11,680 nt of DNA from a virus (IMGVR_UViG_3300028883_000047:1-11680), one strand, 5' to 3'; shown: positions 1 to 6,410, counted from the stretch's first letter. The notes: generated from the sequence alone by a model not told the origin. Program-made: numbers and translations.

Positions 1-361
1 TATCACATCGCACCCACTTATTCCACTTGTATAATGGACGTGCAGGATGACGATACCCCTCGAAACAATTAATTTGTTCGCCATTGATGTAATCGGCGGT
101 GAAGTGACGACCTACGAAAAGTTCGCACCAAAAATGACCTTCGTGAAGATGATCGGTGGTATTGGTTAATACTTGATACCTAGCATCCCGTCCCATTCCA
201 AGTAAATTTGTTCTAGGTCGGACTATATACGTACCTGGATGCGGGACGCTGGTTCCTGGAAGCCCGCACTGATATCCCAACCGTTGGGATAGTAACAGTT
301 TATCGTATACCCATTGATCGGCAGGATCGAGTTGCTCCCAGGCGTCGTTATCATCGTACAT
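1..361 (-). CDS. Conserved phage hypothetical protein, ATP-grasp-like (partial, runs off the window start; absent from the ORF track)
   Basis: ATG at 361, open for 120 codons to the window edge: MYDDNDAWEQLDPADQWVYDKLLLSQRLGYQCGLPGTSVPHPGTYIVRPRTNLLGMGRDA...FWCELFVGRHFTADY. YIVRP..N..GMG and FWCE.F.G resemble ATP-grasp motifs. Confidence 0.8.
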   Translation of the reverse strand, partial: MYDDNDAWEQLDPADQWVYDKLLLSQRLGYQCGLPGTSVPHPGTYIVRPRTNLLGMGRDARYQVLTNTTDHLHEGHFWCELFVGRHFTADYINGEQINCFEGYRHPARPLYKWNKWVRCD

Positions 362-376
362 AATGATATTTAGATT

Positions 377-453
377 TGGTGGTAGTGGTGGGGGTCGAAC
401 CCACAAACTCACCCTTATGAGGGGTGCTGTATTACCAATTCACACTCACTACC
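377..453 (-). tRNA. tRNA with CAT anticodon (elongator Met or Ile2/lysidine type)
   Basis: Acceptor GGTAGTG/CACTACC, anticodon arm CACCC-CTCATAA-GGGTG, T arm GTGGG-TTCGACC-CCCAC, A73 and encoded CCA. No initiator features. Confidence 0.9.
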
Positions 454-868
454 ATGTTCTACCGACTGTAAGATGCAAATTCCAGTTCGTCGGCCGCTCT
501 AGCTCTTTCCGAATATCAATAAGAAAAGGGGCGTCAACATCAACAAACCAGTAATGGTCAGGACGATCCCAGCCAGTAGTGTCTCCACTTTGGCGAACTT
601 CGTGTCGGTATTTGAATTCGACTCGCTGTCCATCATACTTTTTCCATAGGTGCATCAGATGATCCGCGGGCTTTTCTCCACGTACGATTGAGACATGAGC
701 ATCCCATGAAGGCTGACATAAGTCAATCCAATATCTGTTTTTGACCCACCAGCGATAATACCGCGTAATCTCGCGGTCTACCTTGAGAATCGCCCACCAA
801 TCTGTTTTTCGCTTCATTCCAGGACGAGGTGGGTCGTACTGAATGATTCCTGAACTTGTATGCCACAT
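449..868 (-). CDS. 2H phosphoesterase family protein (LigT/ThpR/Acb1-like fold)
   Basis: 139 aa with two Hx[S/T] motifs (DAHVSIV, NLHLTVG) at 2H-type spacing. SD AGGAG upstream. Stop TAG lies inside the 5' end of the downstream tRNA. Confidence 0.75.
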   Translation of the reverse strand: MWHTSSGIIQYDPPRPGMKRKTDWWAILKVDREITRYYRWWVKNRYWIDLCQPSWDAHVSIVRGEKPADHLMHLWKKYDGQRVEFKYRHEVRQSGDTTGWDRPDHYWFVDVDAPFLIDIRKELERPTNWNLHLTVGRTW

Positions 869-880
869 CTCTTTATTCTC

Positions 881-887
881 CTAAATA
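881..887 (+). promoter_or_regulatory. Putative T4-like late promoter (CTAAATA)
   Basis: CTAAATA 30 nt upstream of the ATG at 918. The same motif precedes the + strand ORF at 9391. Confidence 0.5.
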
Positions 888-917
888 CATGATATCCCCG
901 ACAACAGGAGAAAAATA

Positions 918-1235
918 ATGGACCAAAATCGTTTACGTAGACTCGCTGGTATGGACACTAGCCTGATGGAACAGTATGAAGCTAGCGTCAAAGAACTGGA
1001 ACTGCTTGAGAAGATGTATCAGGGCAAGCATAACCTCGGAATTGACACCGACGTCATGCCAATCGAAGAAATTCAAAAGCGCATGGAAGCATCATCTCGT
1101 GCATTGGGTATTGCAAACAAACTTCGTGATCCTGGCTATCGCAAACAGCATTTGAGTCGTATCATGTCAAACATGAATACCATTCGTGCAGCTCTGCAGC
1201 ACATGATTAAACAGTCTGAAGAACCACAGATGTAA
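918..1235 (+). CDS. Hypothetical protein (alpha-helical, N-terminal RLRRLAG motif)
   Basis: 105 aa, SD AGGAG 8 nt before ATG, coding-like composition. Confidence 0.8.
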   Translation: MDQNRLRRLAGMDTSLMEQYEASVKELELLEKMYQGKHNLGIDTDVMPIEEIQKRMEASSRALGIANKLRDPGYRKQHLSRIMSNMNTIRAALQHMIKQSEEPQM

Positions 1236-1236
1236 T

Positions 1237-1310
1237 TGGAGACGGGTATCGGAATCGAACCGATGTCCGGAGGGTTGCAATCTCCTATAATACCATTATA
1301 CGAACCCGTC
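1237..1310 (-). tRNA. tRNA-Cys(GCA)
   Basis: Acceptor GACGGGT/ACCCGTC, anticodon loop TTGCAAC, T arm ATCGG-TTCGATT-CCGAT, U73 and CCA. Confidence 0.92.
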
Positions 1311-2000
1311 ATGAGTTTAATAAATCTAATCGAAGCTGACATCCACCAGGAACGAAAACTTCGCGACACTGCTTGGAAGAGCCCACAAGAAGCTATCCGC
1401 TGGATGGAAAAAAATAACTTCCAGAAACTTGGCTCCGGAGCATTCGCTGCTGCTTATGCTGTTCCTGGACACAAACGTGTAGTTCGTCTTTCTTTGGCAG
1501 CGGATAAGTGTTGGACTCACTTCGCTGATTGGGCTATGAATATTACCAGCAACCCCCATCTTCCTCGTATCCAGTGGACTAAGTGGTATGAGGGAACGCG
1601 TAAGGGTAAGCAACAAACATTTGTGTTATCGATCGTGGAACGGTTGGAACGATTTGATGCTCAGGCTATAGCAGGAACGACTGATTTCATTGCTCTAGTA
1701 GAGTTGTACATGTCTGGTAATATTTTCGAAAGCACCATCGAACACATGATAGAAATACGGCTCGAGCGAGAGGGTTTTGATCCCACTACCAAACGGGGTA
1801 GAGACAAGATCGAATTGTATCGTCAACGACATCAAAAAAGTAGATTTAGCAGCACATTAAATGCTGTTCATCAAATGGCAATGAAAACTGGCTGCGAGTA
1901 TGATTTTCATAATGAAAATTTAATGTACCGTCCGCAGACAAAAAACATCGTTCTCATTGACCCATTAGCTGATTTTGATAGCTTAACGCTAGACGATTAA
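1311..2000 (+). CDS. Ser/Thr protein kinase-like protein resembling the T7 gp0.7 kinase domain
   Basis: Gly-rich loop LGSGAFAAAY, catalytic loop YDFHNENLM, metal-binding IVLIDP. ATG 1311 (MSLINLIEA) is preferred over the ORF-track start at 1236, which reads through antisense tRNA-Cys. Confidence 0.8.
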   Translation: MSLINLIEADIHQERKLRDTAWKSPQEAIRWMEKNNFQKLGSGAFAAAYAVPGHKRVVRLSLAADKCWTHFADWAMNITSNPHLPRIQWTKWYEGTRKGKQQTFVLSIVERLERFDAQAIAGTTDFIALVELYMSGNIFESTIEHMIEIRLEREGFDPTTKRGRDKIELYRQRHQKSRFSSTLNAVHQMAMKTGCEYDFHNENLMYRPQTKNIVLIDPLADFDSLTLDD

Positions 2001-2001
2001 T

Positions 2002-2079
2002 TGGTACCCACCCTCGGATTCGAACCGAGATACAAGAGGACTTAAATCTCCCCGCGATTGCCAATTAGCGTAGGTGGGC
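2002..2079 (-). tRNA. tRNA-Leu(TAA), short variable loop
   Basis: GCCCACC/GGTGGGT acceptor, Leu-type D loop AATTGGCAA, anticodon loop TTTAAGT (A31-C39 mismatch), 5-nt variable loop TGTAT, A73 and CCA. Confidence 0.8.
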
Positions 2080-2080
2080 C

Positions 2081-2344
2081 TTAGTCGAAATCAAACTTCA
2101 TGTCATTGGGATCGAATGTGATACCACCAGGTTGTTCTGGCGTCTCAGGTAAATCCGTTTCCATGTACAAAGGATCGAAGTGGCGATTGCGGATAGCTTT
2201 TGCTTGTTCTTCCATTTCCAACTTTCGAGCCATGATTGTTTCATAATCGTCCTCGAAGGGCTTATCTTGATCGAGGTCAAGAACAGTTCCGAGCCCATGA
2301 GTGTTATCAATTTTGATGTGTCTCTTGAAGAAAGGGTTGTCCAT
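2081..2344 (-). CDS. Hypothetical acidic protein
   Basis: 87 aa ORF that fills the gap between two tRNAs exactly. Confidence 0.7.
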   Translation of the reverse strand: MDNPFFKRHIKIDNTHGLGTVLDLDQDKPFEDDYETIMARKLEMEEQAKAIRNRHFDPLYMETDLPETPEQPGGITFDPNDMKFDFD

Positions 2345-2358
2345 AACCCTTATATATG

Positions 2359-2443
2359 TGGTACCGAGGGCGGGATTCGAACCCGCAAGGCCAAAGGCCG
2401 GCAGATTTTAAGTCTGCTGTGTATACCGTTCCACCACCCCGGC
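2359..2443 (-). tRNA. tRNA-Leu(TAA), canonical long variable arm
   Basis: GCCGGGG/CCTCGGT acceptor, GCAGA-CTTAAAA-TCTGC, variable arm GGCC-TTT-GGCC, A73 and CCA. Confidence 0.95.
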
Positions 2444-2444
2444 T

Positions 2445-3590
2445 TTAAAACATATCGTAGTAATTGTAACTCTTGGCTGGAACTTCTTTAGCCATTACAA
2501 GATATTCATCGGTTTCATATACAATCTGACCAGCAGACTCATATGCAACCTGAGTGGAAGCAATATAAATTTCCTCATTGTCGTCGTCATCATCGTCCAT
2601 GTCAATGTCTGCAGCTCTGAGTGCTGCTTTGACCTTTGAATTTTTGCTCGTGTGACTGCCCTTAGGTTTCAGTCTGATATACGTATAGTCATACGAACCT
2701 GAGGGCTTAGCGACGATCGCCTTCTGTGCAAGCTCTCGTTTTTCTTCGGTTCCCTTTTCAACGACTTTGATGATTTCAATTTCGGAACCAATCTGTTGAC
2801 GAACGTCGATGTTCAGTTCATCAATAATTTCATCAACAGGCGATCCGAACCGTAGATGTTCTTCAACGATTGATTGAAGCATATCGAAGCTAAAGATTTT
2901 AGAACGACGCGACAAATCAACGATATCTTTGATCGTTGTAACTGATACCCCATGGTCAGCACAGTATCCTTTGATACTAGCCTCGTCCAACTTCCTGTAA
3001 CGGAAATGATAGTAGATACGACTTGGACGGTTGAGCATGAAGTCGCTGATGTCGATCTCGCTATTCTCTGTCATGATGATCAGACGCTTAGTCTTATCAA
3101 CACCATCCATCAACGACAAAAGAGAATCTTGATGCGTCCCGTCCTGGTGCTTGGACGACGTATACATCTTTCCGAATTCATCAAATACAAGACAACACTC
3201 ACCAAGCGATTGGACGAATTGGTCAAACTGATCGCCAGCGTGAGCATCACGAACGAGAATAACCGGAAGACGGAGAGAGTCGATAACACTATTTGCCAAC
3301 AAAGACATGAACAGAGTTTTACCAGTACCTTTATCACCAGTCAAAAGGATACCAGTTGACATCGGACGATCTTTGTAGGTGGTGATACACTTCTCGACAC
3401 GTTCATGTGCCGTACCGTAAATCTTTTCGGGGATCTGGAGATGATCCTTTATAACAGTGAGATAAAAACCAGAGAACTGACTAAACTGAACTGCATATAC
3501 TCTTGGCGGTAGGTAGTCGAGTGCTGTTTCATCGCTGAGCTGAACAACAGAAACGTGTGTTCCATTGATCAGAAATTTAGTCTGCATCAT
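2445..3590 (-). CDS. AAA+ family ATPase
   Basis: 381 aa. Walker A GDKGTGKT, Walker B LVFDEF, and NRPSR arginine-finger region. Confidence 0.9.
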   Translation of the reverse strand: MMQTKFLINGTHVSVVQLSDETALDYLPPRVYAVQFSQFSGFYLTVIKDHLQIPEKIYGTAHERVEKCITTYKDRPMSTGILLTGDKGTGKTLFMSLLANSVIDSLRLPVILVRDAHAGDQFDQFVQSLGECCLVFDEFGKMYTSSKHQDGTHQDSLLSLMDGVDKTKRLIIMTENSEIDISDFMLNRPSRIYYHFRYRKLDEASIKGYCADHGVSVTTIKDIVDLSRRSKIFSFDMLQSIVEEHLRFGSPVDEIIDELNIDVRQQIGSEIEIIKVVEKGTEEKRELAQKAIVAKPSGSYDYTYIRLKPKGSHTSKNSKVKAALRAADIDMDDDDDDNEEIYIASTQVAYESAGQIVYETDEYLVMAKEVPAKSYNYYDMF

Positions 3591-3615
3591 ATCGTAGTTC
3601 TCATCTTATATTGTT

Positions 3616-3749
3616 TGGCACTTCGGGCAAGAGTTTCACTTGCAGTACCCCCAGATAAAGGGGGCGGTTTAACGACTTACATTATCCCAACCCACTACTT
3701 AACCGGTATTTCGCAGGAATTTCAAACGGTCTATTCAACCTACCGAAGT
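3616..3749 (-). ncRNA. 134-nt tRNA-like RNA with an internal insertion
   Basis: 7-bp acceptor ACTTCGG/CCGAAGT, G73 and CCA. T-like arm GCAAG-TGAAACT-CTTGC, D-like arm GGT-TGAATAG-ACC, hairpin CCCCC-TTTATCT-GGGGG, and an extra CGGTTAA/TTAAACCG helix. Confidence 0.75.
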
Positions 3750-3755
3750 ATTATT

Positions 3756-3845
3756 TGGCGGAAGCGCAGGGATTCGAACCCCGGGACCCCGCGAAGGGTC
3801 GCCTGATTTCAAGTCAGGTGCTTTCGACCACTCAGCCACACTTCC
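3756..3845 (-). tRNA. tRNA-Ser(TGA)
   Basis: GGAAGTG/CGCTTCC acceptor, CCTGA-CTTGAAA-TCAGG, long variable arm, G73 and CCA. Confidence 0.95.
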
Positions 3846-3855
3846 AAATAATTTG

Positions 3856-4128
3856 TTACTCGGCTTTAGAAGGATATCCTTCATCGATAACGGCTTCGCC
3901 AGGAACAGAGGGATAGACCTCGATCGGGGCAGCGTCGTTCGCGTTTAGGTCTTCTTTACCGACTTCACCGAGTTCGTGAGCAGCTTGAGTGCGTCGCTTG
4001 TTGACGCTAGGGTCATTTGTTTCCTGACTGACAGTCAGTGCAGATGCTGCGTCGATTTGATCGAAAGCGGTTGCATTGATAGACAATGTCATCATTGCTG
4101 CCATAGCAGAAATCATTAGGGTTTTCAT
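3856..4128 (-). CDS. Hypothetical exported protein with signal peptide
   Basis: ATG 4128 with SD GGAG. MKTLMISAMAAMMTLSINATA-F looks like a Sec signal peptide; 90 aa. The ORF-track extension to 4332 runs through tRNA genes. Confidence 0.75.
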   Translation of the reverse strand: MKTLMISAMAAMMTLSINATAFDQIDAASALTVSQETNDPSVNKRRTQAAHELGEVGKEDLNANDAAPIEVYPSVPGEAVIDEGYPSKAE

Positions 4129-4170
4129 TTGACGTTCTCCAATTAGTACGTACATCCATTCAGTGTAGCA

Positions 4171-4199
4171 ATCATACTGCTTTGATTGAAGAATATCAA
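4171..4199 (-). promoter_or_regulatory. Sigma70-type promoter
   Basis: TTGATA-17 nt-TATGAT upstream of CDS 3856-4128. Confidence 0.65.
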
Positions 4200-4204
4200 C
4201 AATT

Positions 4205-4296
4205 TGGAGGAAGGTAGAGGAGTCGAACCCCTGCCCGCTCATCACGGACACGCCAGTTTTCAAGACTGGTTGCCATCCTACACGGCCGTACCTTCC
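4205..4296 (-). tRNA. Atypical tRNA-Ser(TGA), possibly 8/4 configuration
   Basis: GGAAGGTA/TACCTTCC can form 8 bp. CCAGT-CTTGAAA-ACTGG, long variable arm TGTCCG/CGGGCA, U73 and CCA, non-canonical A8 C9 and D arm. Confidence 0.8.
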
Positions 4297-4302
4297 ATAA
4301 TT

Positions 4303-4380
4303 TGGCACCCCCTGCAGGATTCGAACCTGCATCTAATCGGGTAGAAGCCGATCGCTCTAGTCCAGTTAAGCTAAAGGGGC
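4303..4380 (-). tRNA. tRNA-Arg(TCT)
   Basis: ATCGG-CTTCTAC-CCGAT anticodon arm, A20, G73 and CCA. Confidence 0.93.
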
Positions 4381-4387
4381 ATAAATT

Positions 4388-4463
4388 TGGTACCCTTGAA
4401 GGGATTCGAACCCCCGACCTCGTCTTTAGGAGAGACGCGTTCTTCCAGCTGAACTACAAGGGT
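4388..4463 (-). tRNA. tRNA-Arg(CCT)
   Basis: ACCCTTG/CAAGGGT acceptor, CGTCT-CTCCTAA-AGACG, A73 and CCA. Confidence 0.93.
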
Positions 4464-4482
4464 AAAAATAAGAAAGGAAAAT

Positions 4483-4558
4483 TGGAGCGGGCAGCGGGGC
4501 TCGAACCCGCGACCTCAACCTTGGCAAGGTTGCGCTCTACCAACTGAGCTATGCCCGC
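4483..4558 (-). tRNA. tRNA-Gly(GCC)
   Basis: GCGGGCA/TGCCCGC acceptor, CAACC-TTGCCAA-GGTTG, U73 and CCA. Confidence 0.96.
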
Positions 4559-4567
4559 ATGTAAGTT

Positions 4568-4575
4568 TATTTATA
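4568..4575 (-). promoter_or_regulatory. T4-type late promoter consensus TATAAATA
   Basis: Exact TATAAATA in the spacer 10 nt upstream of tRNA-Gly(GCC). Confidence 0.5.
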
Positions 4576-4577
4576 AT

Positions 4578-4655
4578 TGGTACCCACCCTCGGACTCGAA
4601 CCGAGACTCATGAACTTTTGAGGATCACCGCTTTGCCAGATTAGCGTAGGTGGGC
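4578..4655 (-). tRNA. tRNA-Leu(CAA), short variable loop
   Basis: GCCCACC/GGTGGGT acceptor, D loop AATCTGGCAAA, TGATC-CTCAAAA-GTTCA, variable loop TGAGT, A73 and CCA. Confidence 0.87.
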
Positions 4656-4660
4656 ATTGT

Positions 4661-4684
4661 GCTGGCTGTTGAGGTACAGCCAGC
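4661..4684. other. Perfect 9-bp hairpin between the DUF2202 stop and tRNA-Leu(CAA)
   Basis: GCTGGCTGT-TGAGGT-ACAGCCAGC with no U-tract on either strand. Possible mRNA-stabilising or processing stem. Confidence 0.5.
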
Positions 4685-4692
4685 TAAACCGA

Positions 4693-5388
4693 TTAGCGAC
4701 CTAGGATCTCGTCAACTTCTTCCTGTGGTAGGAGTTGTGCTTCGTAGTTGCCGTATCCAATGTGACGCTCGATCTGATTGACATATGCTCGGAGATGGTT
4801 TCTGGAACCATTGAGCAAATTGTTCAGAGTGCGTTGAACGTCTGCACGGTCGGTTGATTTAAGACCGCAATCATCTCTTGTGTATAGTTCTACGTTTGCA
4901 TCTAGTATTTGCTGATTGCAGTAGTTGATGTCGATCATATCAAGCTCTTCGATGAATGCCCCAACGTACATTGCGTCAAGAACGCTCATTTCACCTTTTG
5001 TAACGAACTCATTAAACTTCTCAGTGAAGTATTCACTGTACTCAGCACCAGTGAACACACCTACATTATCGTTCGTCGATGGATCAACTACATCATATTT
5101 GTCGAGTAGTTTCTTTACTGCATCGGTGTGTTTTTGTTCTGAGTCGTCGATACGACCGAATGCTCTCGAGCGTGGATACATCTGACTGAAAACGATGTAC
5201 ACGTCACGCGCGAGTTTTTCTTCTTCCCGCATAAAGGTCAGATGCTGCTCTTCTGCAATTGTGAGATTTGCTGTGGTTTGGTTTTGTTGGCCACCTTGCC
5301 ATCCTCCCCATCCCTGACCCCAGCGGGCCATCAGAGGTGCGGAGGTGATCAGTGCAGCCGCCAATAATAGTGTTATTAGCTTTTTCAT
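4693..5388 (-). CDS. DUF2202 ferritin-like domain protein with signal peptide
   Basis: Motifs LTFMREEEKLARDVY, SEQKHTDAVKKLLDKY, GAFIEELD, GSRNHLRAY. N-terminal MKKLITLLLAAALITSAPLMA. SD AGGAGG. Confidence 0.88.
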   Translation of the reverse strand: MKKLITLLLAAALITSAPLMARWGQGWGGWQGGQQNQTTANLTIAEEQHLTFMREEEKLARDVYIVFSQMYPRSRAFGRIDDSEQKHTDAVKKLLDKYDVVDPSTNDNVGVFTGAEYSEYFTEKFNEFVTKGEMSVLDAMYVGAFIEELDMIDINYCNQQILDANVELYTRDDCGLKSTDRADVQRTLNNLLNGSRNHLRAYVNQIERHIGYGNYEAQLLPQEEVDEILGR

Positions 5389-5412
5389 GATTTTCCTCCT
5401 TGTAGCAATTAC

Positions 5413-5441
5413 AATATACTACACCCGTACTTATGGGACAA
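5413..5441 (-). promoter_or_regulatory. Sigma70-type promoter
   Basis: TTGTCC-17 nt-TATATT upstream of the DUF2202 gene. Confidence 0.5.
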
Positions 5442-5448
5442 CGAATAA

Positions 5449-5550
5449 ATTCTCCCACAGGGATCGAACCTGTACCACTTTACCATAAAGAGTCAGCCTA
5501 ACTGTTACTCAACTCAGGGGGAGTGTGTGCTACCATTACACCAAAGAGAA
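5449..5550 (-). ncRNA. tRNA-like RNA with an insertion in place of the anticodon loop
   Basis: Acceptor TTCTCTT/GGGAGAA, D arm GTGT-AATGGTA-GCAC, T arm ACAGG-TTCGATC-CCTGT. Anticodon stem CACT/AGTG encloses about 40 nt. No CCA. Confidence 0.65.
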
Positions 5551-5551
5551 A

Positions 5552-6076
5552 TTATGAATACTTTGCGATAATGTCCTTAATTCCGCGATTAGATGGAGGA
5601 AATGGATTGCTCGGTAAGGTGCTAATAAACTCTATCGACGTGATGGTCTCGCCCACAGGAGTAGTAGCGGTAGCGGTTTCATCAATATAGTCGACGGTTA
5701 CGGGTCCCACCGAACCAGAATCCCCCAAATATACATATTGACCGTTCGCCGCGACTTCACTACCATCCCATGTTCCTATTTTTACACTGGTTGTATCGCT
5801 ATAATTTATTTGAATGAAGTTTTGTCCAGCACTATTGCTTGGAGTGTTGTAATAACCAGTAAAAGTAGCTGTTATTCTACGAACGTTAGCTAAATTTGGG
5901 ATTGTTACCAGTGCTGTTACGGTGCTCCAATTTGGATTAGCATCACTGTAATATCCTCGTGTTGCATTCCAGCTAATCGCGTGGTTAATACTTTCAAATG
6001 CAGATGGAGCATCATTATTAGGAACATAGTAATCAGCTCCCACGCCCTGAATGTAACTCATGACCAAATACGACAT
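5552..6076 (-). CDS. Hypothetical protein (beta-rich, possibly virion-associated)
   Basis: 174 aa, SD AGGAG, late-type promoter upstream. Rich in Thr, Ser, Gly and Asn. Confidence 0.75.
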   Translation of the reverse strand: MSYLVMSYIQGVGADYYVPNNDAPSAFESINHAISWNATRGYYSDANPNWSTVTALVTIPNLANVRRITATFTGYYNTPSNSAGQNFIQINYSDTTSVKIGTWDGSEVAANGQYVYLGDSGSVGPVTVDYIDETATATTPVGETITSIEFISTLPSNPFPPSNRGIKDIIAKYS

Positions 6077-6102
6077 GTTTTTCTCCTAAGTTTGGGTTAT
6101 TA

Positions 6103-6110
6103 TATTTATG
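6103..6110 (-). promoter_or_regulatory. Putative late promoter CATAAATA
   Basis: ATAAATA core 27 nt upstream of ATG 6076. Confidence 0.5.
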
Positions 6111-6117
6111 GAGAAAT

Positions 6118-6194
6118 TGGCACCCCCGGAGAGATTCGAACTCCCGACTTCAACGTTCGAAGCGTTGCACTCTAGTCCACTGAGTTACGGAGGC
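6118..6194 (-). tRNA. tRNA-Arg(TCG)
   Basis: CAACG-CTTCGAA-CGTTG anticodon arm, A20, G73 and CCA. Confidence 0.92.
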
Positions 6195-6203
6195 AATAAA
6201 ATT

Positions 6204-6279
6204 TGGAGCGGGTGAAGGGACTCGAACCCTCAACATCTGACTTGGAAGGACAGCACTCTACCAATTGAGTTACACCCGC
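6204..6279 (-). tRNA. tRNA-Gly(TCC)
   Basis: GCGGGTG/CACCCGC acceptor, CTGTC-CTTCCAA-GTCAG, U73 and CCA. Confidence 0.95.
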
Positions 6280-6282
6280 ATA

Positions 6283-6406
6283 ACAAGACGCATTTTTGCA
6301 TGGCTGGTGTTCTACCATTGAACTACAGACCAACATTCATCGATCTGGTGGGGTTCGAACCCACAACCCCCAGCTTGGGATAGCATTATTGCTGTTAGCG
6401 TCTTAA
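6283..6406 (-). ncRNA. CAGCAA-scaffold element A enclosing a circularly permuted tRNA
   Basis: Order on the minus strand: AAGACGC..ACAGCAA, GCTGG (anticodon stem 3'), T arm, CAGATCG, linker, TGGTCTG, D arm GTTC-AATGGTA-GAAC, CCAGC (anticodon stem 5'), GCGTCTT. Confidence 0.75.
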
Positions 6407-6410
6407 AATC

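Noticed and set aside
363-554. ORF-track ORF on the + strand
   Set aside because: It is the antisense of the CAT tRNA and the 2H gene, with no SD.
1236-1310. N-terminal extension of the kinase from TTG 1236
   Set aside because: It is the antisense of tRNA-Cys. ATG 1311 gives a more typical start. Kept only as a readthrough hypothesis.
3616-3749. tmRNA
   Set aside because: No G3-U70 alanine identity, far too short, has a D-like stem, and no tag ORF.
4205-4296. tRNA-Sec (selC), suggested by the GGAAG start and long arms
   Set aside because: The anticodon is TGA (Ser), not TCA, and the D arm lacks the 6-bp Sec stem.
4129-4332. N-terminal extension of ORF 3856-4332
   Set aside because: It runs through tRNA-Ser, tRNA-Arg and a promoter. 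The SD and signal peptide support ATG 4128.
4661-4684. Intrinsic terminator
   Set aside because: Strong hairpin but no U-tract on either strand. Kept as a generic stem-loop.
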